From Vezdaea acicularis (taxonomy: Eukaryota), in NCBI GenBank assembly GCA_026025075.1, contig JAPEUI010000143.1, positions 1 through 37,985 on the forward strand: a DNA stretch of 37,985 nucleotides, read 5' to 3'. Under the pieces are notes generated by a model, which made no database searches, was not told where the DNA came from, and was given only the letters and a program-made list of their open reading frames with translations. The translations under genes and the position numbers were made by a program. Of this stretch, positions 10,903-20,929 are shown piece after piece (position 1 is the first letter of the stretch; each line of letters opens with the position of its first letter).

Positions 10903-12635
10903 TTAGTCCAGCCTGAAAGAGCCATTAGAACGCTTTCGCAGTCGGCTGGCCTTGTAGTAGCCACCGTTATACCCTTCTCTCGGAGGAGGAGATGGTAGAG
11001 GGTTAGGCGGTGGTGATGGAGGAGGCTGTGGTTGCTGGACGATAGGGACTGATGGCGTGTAGCTGGGTAGAGCGTATTGAGTAGAAGAGGAGGTCGTCCA
11101 GGAAGGACTTGGTGTATAGATCCAGGAAGTACTTGTTGTGGAGGTAGAGGAAGTCGAACTGGATGAAGAGCTATTCCAGACGCCGCTAGGATAGCTGTTG
11201 ATACCCTGGCCGCCTCGTTGTCCGCCTGCTTGTCCGCCTGCTTGTCCGCCTCCTTGCCCGCCTCCTTGCCCGCCTCCTTGACCTGCACCCCCTGAAGATC
11301 CTCCTGTCGTGCTGCCACCGCTTGAACCTCCACTGCCAGAGTCCCAACTACCCAAGACTCCACTAGCTGAGCCACTACTACCGCCACCGCTTCCACCACC
11401 TTGTCCGCCGTATTGTCCTCCGCCCTGATATGAGGCCCCCGAGCCTCCACCGCTCCCACCACCCTCACCAGCTCCTTGGTCTCCACTGGCACCAGTGCCG
11501 TCTCCATGCGCTGCAACGGAAGCGGCAAGGGGGTGTGATGAACTGTTGGCGCCCGCCCATAGAGCTGGTCCCGGCATTTGCTGAAAGAAGTGTTAGCTCG
11601 ACCTCTCCATGGACCTGTTTTGCCAACCTACATATAATCTGATTGGATAAATTGAGACATGAATACCTATTTCAGTAAATTAGCGTATGAGCGACGTTCA
11701 TTCGGTGGAGTAGGTAGTACCGGGATCGTTGGCACCGTAGAACTGGGTGGCCGCAATGCCCTTAATGGCAGGTGCAGCGTCTCGTTTAGTAACGTTTCCC
11801 CCACCGCCAATATTGACGTTGAAGCAGTACGGGTAGTTCTGAATAGAGTTAGCAACCAAAATGATATCGTATTATCCAGGGTCTTACTTACTTGCGCGCC
11901 ACCCATCTCACCCGCACCATGCAAAGCGATTATTTCATGCCTGAGAACGTAGTCACCGTCTGTGAGATCTGTTGGTAATGTGACCGTATATTGCTTTTCG
12001 GTGCCAACGAGGACATCGGAAGCCCAAGTTCCGGGGCTACCAGGGCTCTGTAACCCAGCTTCGTCAATTTTGAACCACATTAAGCTGGCCTTAGCAACGT
12101 TTGAGCAACCCGAAGGGCATTGCGCCATGTATGTCATCACCGGCCCGTGATGACTATCGGGCCAGGTATTCCATGTGAAAGATACTCGGCTACCTGGAGA
12201 AGCGCCAGCACTTAGGGGGGCTGGCTGGGATCCTTTATGACATATTATATCGGGATCATTATACTCGGCCGGAGCGACATATCTAGCTAGAATTAGCAAA
12301 TTGGGTACTCATTTCTATTTTCGAAGAGGCGTACATGCCCGCTATCTGCGTTGGTATGCGACCATGCAACCAAGGGTGGCGTAGGATTCCCTGGGTAGAG
12401 ATAAGATCTGCATGATCGTGAGCGCAACGCTTGAATTTTCATGTCGAGGCTGATACGCACAGCTCATAGCCCGGGTAGCTATAGTAACGTCAGTCGTTAT
12501 TGAAGACATCTTGGGAAGTCACATCCCCACTTACCTCTTTCCGTCGACGTTAATGTTGTTCACATAACCATGAGCGTTCACTTTAGGCACAGCCCAGAGA
12601 GAAAAGAAGAGGATAACAGCCCAGCTGTAACGCAT
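10903..12635 (-). CDS. AA9 (GH61) lytic polysaccharide monooxygenase with a long low-complexity C-terminal extension (~469 aa)
   Basis: Seven exons: 12635-12535, 12478-12461, 12407-12339, 12282-11892, 11838-11721, 11666-11632, 11580-10903 (1410 nt). Signal peptide followed by mature His1 (VNA/HGYV). Motifs DIICHK, WPDSHHGP, WFKIDEAG, YVLRHEIIALH, AQNYPYC, PGPALW. Intron 3 must be GC-AG to keep frame. Confidence 0.92.
11206..11280 (-). repeat. Coding 12-bp tandem repeat encoding (GGQG/GGQA)n in the AA9 tail
   Basis: Imperfect plus-strand units such as ccgcctccttgc and ccgcctgcttgt; the minus strand translates to GGQGGGQGGGQAGGQAGGQRGGQG. Confidence 0.75.
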
Positions 12636-13841
12636 AATGAAGTTTGCATCAAGTAAGGGTGTTGGACCTGCCAAATAGTAATGAAGATATGAACCAAAGT
12701 GCTTGCAAACGAGCGATTGGCACTGCTCAGCACGGAAGATGTCAAGACACACATATTGGGATGGGAAGGATGGATAAAGTATATGGACGGATATCCAGCC
12801 CTTCCTCAGCCCATGAGGCGCTTCAGACACAAGGTCTGTCAGAAATGTCAAAGAATCTGGAGCTAACCGAATCTCGGAGGGGAATCCGCGACGTATAGGG
12901 CCCATACCCCTAGGAAGAAAAGGCGCACCTCCAAGGTTCTGGACATCGAAACAGCAGCTTGCAGCTTCTGTACTCTAGGACAGTGGCACTTTGATGGAAA
13001 TACTACTCTTCCCAAGAGGAAATACTCTAGTCCACGCGAGTTCATAGCCATCACATTTGCAAAGATGCCCTCTAGTGAAGAAATAAAGAAGGCTTTCTCA
13101 ATCGAATGACCAGAATGCCAAGATAGATCACTGTTCTTGTCCATTTCTGGTGCAAGACACCATGAGTTAAAGACAAAATTTAGCCAAATGCCAAGAGAGA
13201 ATTCTTGTGACACGAAGGATCAACAAACATGTGTGAAGCAACCTACTGCCCCTCCCAGCCCCCCAAGTTGGTACGCTCGACGCACGAAACTGCTGAACAC
13301 TCAGACCTAGAAACGTCACAGAGCTGCAGCTCGAAGGGAACGGGGCCATCTCAGTGGGGAACACATCGTCCACACGGAACAAAGCGCTGCAAACGAGTTC
13401 GTCCACGGGGAAAAAGTGAGCCGCGATGTGTCGCAAGGATGGTGGTTACCGACCCAAAACACGATCGAGACGGTCGCTGGTTTCATGGACACGCCATGTG
13501 CACCTCCCCATGGGTAATCACGAGAAAGACACAGTGACAGCTCATCCATTTCCTTGCATTGGAAAGAAGGGGGGGTTAGAATTCATCAATTTCCGAAGAT
13601 GCGATATCACGCGCCGCGCAAAGATCTATCTTTAGATTCAAAGTCTAGAACCTATTTCATGAAAGCTTGTAGATGAGAAAAATGTAGATTTCTGATATTT
13701 TGAAATTAACTTAAATGATAGGACTGGGTGGGGGAAATTGTGTTCTTGGAGGCTCGAGATGCTGTCATGCGATTCTCGTGTGATTTCAGTCATATTGGTT
13801 TTTCGGCCTTTTTAACACATGAATGTTGATTTGAAAACGAC

Positions 13842-14502
13842 ATGCCGACAATCAAAGTGAAACCTTCAAAACTTGGTCTTGGAAATCGACATTCCTCTGC
13901 TCCTAGTTCGGACTCCAAATACAAAGTATCGAAATCGAGGCTCGCAGGGAAAGTGCCGCGTCCCAAACCACATAAGGCGAAAGTTTCTCTTTTAGCACCC
14001 AAGAAGAAGAAAAGGATTTATTCGGACAAGGAGCTCGACGTGCCTAAGTTGAACATGATTACACCCGTTGGAGTAGGTAAACCAAAAGGAAAAAAGAAGG
14101 GAAAGGTATTCGTGGACGACCAAGTATGTTTCGACTCTCTTTCGCGCCACTCATGTTCTAACCTGGAACAGGAAAGTATGATGACTATTCTTAGCATTGT
14201 GAATGCCGACAAGGAGGGGCAGATCGAATCCAAGATGATGAAGGCTAGACAGATGGAGGAGATTAGGGAGGCAAGGAGAAGAGAGGCAGAAGCACGCCAA
14301 GAGGACAAGAGATCGAAGCTTGTAAGGCACTATATTCGCAATATCTAGAGTCTAGCTAACTTCACTTCAGGAGGAGACCAAAGACTCAATACGCAAGAAG
14401 CGTAAGCGCAAGTCTACAGCGACCGAGGGCGAATCACAAGAATCTACTTCCCGAGAGATCAGGCCCAAGAAAGCCTCCGGGAAGCGTGTCTCATTTGCTT
14501 GA
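13842..14502 (+). CDS. LOC1: 60S ribosomal subunit assembly/export protein Loc1 (~187 aa)
   Basis: Exons 13842-14123, 14172-14321, 14371-14502. Lys-rich. Motifs [51 protein letters not shown], and C-terminal KRVSFA. Confidence 0.9.
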
Positions 14503-14553
14503 ACTACCTAGAAGACTACCAGAACATCCAGACGAACAATACAGGACTCTATT

Positions 14554-16111
14554 CTAATCTATATCGTGGTACATGCGTAGCCTACGACGGGTGGGTTTGA
14601 ACGTGGGCTCGTCTTTTTCTTCCTTCTCTCCCTCCATTGAGGGATAATGAAGCTCAAGTTTCGTCCCTAACCTGAGTTCCTGGGCCAACTTTGTCAAAAA
14701 CCCTACCGCCTGGGAGTAAAGTTAGCAAAGTCAGCGAAATCTGTGTTTGTCTAACTAATAAGAAAAGGCTTACGGGTTTGGTAAACCATCTACGTCCGCC
14801 CAGCTCGTACCAAGCGACGTGTCCGCCGCGTGATGTGGTACATAAGACGACGTATGGATTTTGCTGAACTTCATCGAAAGGAAGTGATTGCAATGTAACA
14901 ACCTACCGCTGCGTCAGATAAAACATGCTCGTCAATTGGACAGATCCGCGGAAACATTACTGGATCATCTTCTGCATTGATTGCTAGAAGCGGTACCTTT
15001 ACATCATACAACGAATCTATACTTGACGCATCTCGATAGTAAGCGCCCACGGTAGGATAGCCCCACATTGGAACTTGGATGTCTTTGTCGAATTCGTGGA
15101 TGTACTTGACCCTGCTCAGTTTCTCTACGTTGATTCCTGGGTGTTTCGATATTTGGTCTGCGTGGCTGATCTTCCAGTCAGCCTCATTGTTCCTCGATAA
15201 AAGCGATGAAGGACACAGTTACATCTCAAATAATTTTCTCAGGTTTCCTCCTAGCGCCTTCGAGTATAGCTCTTTGCCAAGCCACGTTCTCTGCAAGGCG
15301 AGATTTCCGACCTCGAGATTCCAAGGATTAGAGCAGACCACAGCACCCTCTAATACGCAACTCGAGCCTTCCTCTGCGAGATACTTGAATCAATGCGGAG
15401 TCAGCTTCTCTAGACTTGAAAGCCCTGGTGGTATCACGAATTGGTTTGGAGGACGACGCTCACGTTTACGAGAATATTAGCCCCTAGAGAGAATCCGAGA
15501 CCGAACAAAGGCCTATTTGGAAACTTTTCTCTCAGCCATTTTACTGACTGGCGAAAGTCCCAAGTGGCTCGCGCATTGTAAAGGATGGTGCTTGTAAGCT
15601 TGGACATCGCACAACCCCTGGCGTTCACCACGCACGCCTCCCAACCAGTTTCCTTGATCACCAATGGCGCTAGCACCTGTCGAAGATATACCTCCTGCGA
15701 GCCTCCTACAAGCCCGGCGGCTACAAGGATCATCGGGTTTGAGTCAATAGATTCGAGTTTAGAGACTTCGTCCTGACTATAATATGTCGTCCGAGAGGGC
15801 AAGGTCTCATCGTTACCCTGGTAGGGATCAACCGCGAAATCCACGGTGAATGAACCAACATAGGGTTTGTCTGCCTCGAAGATCTTGCGCCGATAAAAGA
15901 TCGGGGCACTGTCATCGGTCACGATTGTATAGATTGACTGTAAATGTCCGTTGAAAAGAAAAGGATTGAGCCAGCATGGTGGAGTCACTGATTTAACAAA
16001 ATCTAAGAGCGTTGTTCTCTTTCCGCTGGTTGTCACTAGCTCTACAGATTGATCTGCTGCGTAGAAAGAGGTCCTGGCTTGGCCTAGAAGCCATGAGAAT
16101 AACATTTTCAT
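14554..16111 (-). CDS. AB hydrolase family 4 (Eht1/Eeb1/Mgl2-like acyltransferase/lipase), ~432 aa
   Basis: Exons 16111-15464, 15383-15223, 15165-14961, 14902-14774, 14709-14554. Motifs FNGHLQS, VNARGC, nucleophile GFSLG, YLAEEG, acid AEDDP and His GGHVAW (complete catalytic triad). Confidence 0.92.
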
Positions 16112-16483
16112 CAGGATAGCTCAAACGTAACAATAGAAGTCCTAGATCGCAATTGGGGTCTTTAATCATCACCATAAGCTTGAAGGAACAAGCTGAAAAT
16201 ACTCCATTACTGACATGAGGAAGACTCTCAATGATCAACGCAACACTACTGTGTTCTCATAGGTATTCAGATTAACATGAGTCCTGCATATATGCGCTTG
16301 AAGTGGGTCCGGTCCGCAGCCGAGGAATCGGCGCTAGGATCTCCGTTGCACGATGATTGGTCTAATAACCTCATAGCGACGTGCCCGCTCTTTCCTCACA
16401 CACTCGATCTCCGTCGGCCAACAGAGTGAAGAAAGTTCGAGTGAGCTGTTGCCAGTGACGTTTTTCCTCGATGGGCAGGCGCC

Positions 16484-18999
16484 ATGGCATATCCTCACCA
16501 GCAGTTCCCGTATCCGTACGGGAACCCTCGTCCGCAGGGCCCCCAATACCCGCCCCAGAACTTCGAGGTCCGCATACCTATGCAATCGGTCCCTCCCCCA
16601 CCCCCCCCGCAGTACTACAATGATATCCAGTATCAACAGCAGTATCCCATGGCACCCCAAGTAAATTATCAAGTAGCCCAGCCTTATTACTCTCAGCCAC
16701 AGTATCAGCAATATCACCAGCCCCAGCAATTCCATCAAACCCATCAAGCTCCTCCTCCGCCTCAACAGATAGCGCCACGGCCCAAGCCTATGCCACAATC
16801 TCAATCGCAACCTGTAACACAATATATAGTCCAAGAGCGTCCAGCGGAGCGTCCAGCGAAGCCTTCAGTGAAGCCTCTGCAGGCCACCTCAGTACCAGTA
16901 TCTCCCAAAGCCGTGGTGAAAACTAGCAAGAATGTCGCTCCTCCACCAGCCGATCACCAAGTCCTTCTGCTGTCGCTTGCAGATGACTATTTCAAGGCTG
17001 CTCACCAACAAGGGTCAGCGGCTGCTCAATCACGAACACCTGAAGAAGTCGAGAAATACTATAAGCTCATAGCTATGGGATTAGCTTGTCTCGAGACAAT
17101 TTTGAAGAACTGGAGGCAACAACCACGGGCAGAAGCTCTCGTGAGGTTGAGGTACGCAAATGTCCTTTTTGAAGAGACGGAAAATATTATGGAAGCCGAA
17201 GAAGCTCTAACGAAGGGTATCGCCTTGTGCGAAAAGAACCGGATGGTGAGCTTAAAGTACAACATGCAACACCTACTGGCTCGTGTCATGTTTCGAAAGA
17301 GTCCAAAAGCGGCCCTAAAGTTTCTAGATAACGTTATAAAGGACGTTGAGGCGTAAGTTTTCCTCCATCCTATGAAGGGGTGCTCTCTGACATAATCATA
17401 GCTACCAACATATTTCATGGATCTATGCGTTCAGGTTCCTCCGTGTGAACTTGTCTTTAGAGACGTCTAGACCGAATGATATAGCGGTAGCAATCAACAT
17501 TCTGCGGAGCATATCTGAGTTAGCGTCACGATATTGCCACACTTCTATCTTGTTTGCTAGCGCGATTCTCGAAGCTCTTGCACACCTCCAATCACTGACT
17601 GGGGATGCCATCGAGCAGGCACAGAGAGCCCTGGCCCTTGCTAGAAGCCGTCAGTTGGATGAAAATATCCACAGCAATCTCCCTCAGCTCACCTCGCTAG
17701 TTCAGATTCTCGATTTAACATGCTCCTTGATGGAAGGAAATGCCCCCCAAGCAGCAAAGAAGATGCAAAACCTGCATGACTTAATGGACAAAAAATGGAA
17801 GGAAGGGTATTGGAGGGAAGACGGAACTTTCTCTATATGTATTTCTAGCTCGGCTGGCCCAAACTCTTTGTCTGGCGATGATGGTGGGGTTATGACAAAA
17901 GGACAAGGTGGTGATGACCAGCTGACTTTCAGTTGGATTTCGAAAGAAGATCTCTATGCGCTGGCTTACTTGCTTAGTGGAGCTGCCGCCAGTCATAAGA
18001 ATGCTATAGATGGACAAAAGGCAGAGAAGTTCCTATGTGAAGGTATCAGGAATCTATGTAAGTACATAAATCAAAGCCTTCACCTTCACCCCTCGGCAGT
18101 AGCTTATACTATTTCCAGCCGAGATTAAACGCCCTCAGCCCGAATCCGAGTCCCTCTCTGCAGCAGCTTCCAAGATTAAATGGAGAAACACGGTCCTTTG
18201 TTATATGCACGTACATCTCGCATTCGTACTTTGTACCCGAACCGACTGGCAGACGGCAAAGCGACATCTTACAGCAGTCCGGCACTTAGCTAAAAGCCTG
18301 GGAGACCCTATTCCAGAGCCTTTGAATGCGCTCATCTATTATCTTCTGGCGACTATCAAGCAAGGAACTGGTTACCTTGCCATAGCTTTGGAAATTTACC
18401 AGCGACCAGAGTTTGACTTGCCAGAACCTAGTGAGAAGCATCAACTCCTGGGACCTAGCAATGATCTCGCCTTGCTTGCTACTCTCAACACGATTCTTAT
18501 ACTACGAGATCCTTTGCAGCCTCTACACCATAATCTTAACCCTCTTATTGCTCAAGTACAACCATTTTGCGACTCTCATCCGAATCGCAACATTCGATCT
18601 GCTTTCAATCTTATACGAGCCACGGCTCACCCAGACGAAGCAATCATTCGCACGAAGCAGTATCTTCAAGCTTCACTTCAGCTTGCACAGTCCGTCGCAA
18701 ATAATGAGATCACAGGTATCACACTCAATTTCATGTCGTTCAGATTCTTCCGGGGGGTTGTTGGCGACCAAGCAGAGAAGAGCGCGAAGGCAGGACATAC
18801 TTTGGCAAAGAAGTCAAAGAACTCTCTTTGGATGAGTGTCTCAGAAGCTATGCTTGCGGACACATTTGAAGTACAGGGCAAGATGGAAGAGGCAGCGCGG
18901 ATGAGAGCTGCAGCTTTAGATCTAGCTGCGGATATTGTGCCGGCCTTGGAGTCCGCGAAGGAGCGGAGCGCAGAAGAAGCCGCGAAAGGCTTGACTTAG
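16484..18999 (+). CDS. Cohesin loading factor (Scc4/Ssl3/MAU2 family), ~801 aa, with Q/P/Y-rich N-terminus
   Basis: Exons 16484-17352, 17402-18057, 18119-18999. The pattern LLSLADDYFKAAH...YYKLIAMGLACLE...RLRYANVLFEETEN..EAEEALTKGI...W.YAFRFLR and the TPR-like helical body match fungal cohesin loaders as I recall them. Confidence 0.85.
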
Positions 19000-19408
19000 G
19001 GGAAGTGGACAATTTGCATTGGCAACTCAATCTTGCATCTATCTGAGCAATCATAGCGTATGGCGTTTGGGAAGGTGTATAACGGACGGAGCGGCGAAAA
19101 AGCAAGGTGGCTAGCTCTTCTAGCTAGGAGACCTCTAGCATGATTTACTAGCATATGTGTGAGAGGATGTATTGCTGCGGATGTAAATGAGGAATGTTTG
19201 CCCTTCTTCTAGATGCGCGTCCTCGTATTGTTACAGACAGTCCACCCCTGTACCATGCCAGTTGGTGATAAAATTACAGAGACCTCAGTCAGTGGTCGTT
19301 TTGCCCCAATCCACGCCAGACCTGCAATTTTCTAACGATATCCTCCCACTCTTTCCCCTTTCCAACCCCCTTTTGCTCCTCTATTTGTGCTCGTCTATCG
19401 GTGAACCT

Positions 19409-19779
19409 CTATTGGCGAGAATTCAAAGAAGTCAAATGCTTCACTATCGCTTCATTGGCGTCCATGAACCGGTCCACGCAGTTATTCAAACAGCTCTCCT
19501 CCCTCGACTCAAGCTGACCACTGCTGATCTTCGATGTGACGCATTTCTTGAAGCATGTTTCCGCGATGCCATGGATATCTACATAGCAAGCCATACCAAA
19601 TCAGCCGCTTCTGGTTCTGAACATGAATTACACCAAAAAGGAGGAGCTGGTTGGGGAGAACGTGGAAACGTACTGCTCTGTATCCTCGACTTTTGCGACT
19701 GATTGACCACGAACTGCTGCAGCTCCCGCTTATCGGTTTCGGTCAGGTGGTCGAAAGTGCTCTGTGTGATGCGATCCAT
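19409..19779 (-). CDS. TIM8: Mitochondrial intermembrane-space small Tim chaperone Tim8 (91 aa)
   Basis: Exons 19779-19674 and 19578-19409. Twin CX3C motifs (CFKKC, CLNNCVDRFMD) and DKRELQQFV...QKSRIQSNIH. Confidence 0.93.
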
Positions 19780-19914
19780 GATTGAGCGCTTTATAGGGCG
19801 GGAAGTACAACTTCCAAAATGACAATTTCGTCTTTTCTTGGGCGAATCAAATAATAAGTCGATGACCCGAGCTCTGCCAGCTCCACGGCAACTTCCATCG
19901 CTCCCGCCAACAAG

Positions 19915-19922
19915 CACGTGAC
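19915..19922 (-). promoter_or_regulatory. GTCACGTG E-box (Cbf1-type bHLH site) in the TIM8/VPS68 divergent promoter
   Basis: cacgtgac on the plus strand, near the middle of a 308-bp head-to-head spacer. Confidence 0.4.
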
Positions 19923-20087
19923 GGCTTTGAGCCCCCAGAAGCTTAGACGCATCATCGCTTGCGACCAACCTCCAAGAAATGGAGCTCGTAGCCTCATCAC
20001 CAATCTTGCGACTTCCTCCAGGACTTATTGCAGAACTCACCTCTTCGCTATTAGATTAGTCCGGAGGTATTCAACTCTCCTCAAACC

Positions 20088-20764
20088 ATGTCGGGCCACA
20101 GACTCTTCCGCTTCCCGAAGCCGGAATGGCTGAATAGCGCGACTACGCGCACGGCGGGTATCTACGCTGCCGGTGCTCTCGTATGTCCTCTCCTCTCCGC
20201 CCAGCACTCTCTTCCTTTCCCGTTTCCTCTCCAACCCTCAGCCTTACCTGATTAGCCGCCCAACTGATCCCTTTTCTCTCTTTCAATAGTTCTCCATAGG
20301 CTTCTACCTCTTCGTTGACGCCGCCGTGCTGTCGCACCACCGCAACGGCTCCGACAAAGTGCACATCACCTTCATCGATTGGATTCCCCTGCTCTGCTCG
20401 TCCCTTGGCATGCTAGTAATAAACAGCATCGAGAAGACCCGCCTCAGCGCGGACTCATATTCGTACTCTGGCAACGGCGTGGCGTGGAAGGCGAGGCTGG
20501 TACTATTTCTAGGCTTTGCGCTGATGGCTGGCGGCCTGGCGGGCAGTGTGACTGTGCTTGTGCTGAAGTATGTGGTACCTGGGTACCCGTGGCCAACGAG
20601 CTGGTTTGGAATTGCGAATGTGGCAGGAAATGGGGGGGTAATGGCTAGGTGAGTGGTCCAGCGGAGAGTGAATTGATGTGGAAATGCTAACAGATGGCAG
20701 CTCTGTCGTCTTATGGGTGAGCCAAAATATGGAAGAAGACTACACGTATAATCTAGCGTTATAG
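20088..20764 (+). CDS. VPS68: Vacuolar protein sorting protein 68 (UPF0220/TMEM50 family), 171 aa
   Basis: Exons 20088-20180, 20290-20648, 20701-20764. Motifs LFRFPKP, GIYAAGALF, FIDWIP.LCS.LGMLVINSIEK, WKARLVLFLGFALMAGG, and C-terminal EEDYTYNLAL. Confidence 0.93.
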
Positions 20765-20929
20765 TGGAGCGAGGGAAAGTCGGAGCGAGCTATGCGGAAT
20801 ACATGGCCAATATCTTTGGTTACGGGTGTTGGGTCTCTTGATCTTGTGCAAGTTTGCGCAAATAGCAGGAATAGCGTGATATTTAACGGTTTGATCTTGG
20901 GGATACTTTCTGTTTCCCAAATATCTGCA

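Noticed and set aside
1129..12635. Cytochrome b561 + GPI protein + AA9 LPMO as an electron-donor/LPMO gene cluster
   Set aside because: They are separated by the housekeeping genes ADE5,7 and THR1, the b561 has no visible extracellular cytochrome/DOMON domain, and nothing beyond proximity links them.
13672..13677. GATGAG PAC-like element upstream of LOC1
   Set aside because: Only a 6-mer without the full GCGATGAG context; too weak to call.
16334..16834. 166-aa hydrophobic minus-strand ORF
   Set aside because: Antisense shadow of the Q/P-rich SCC4 N-terminus.
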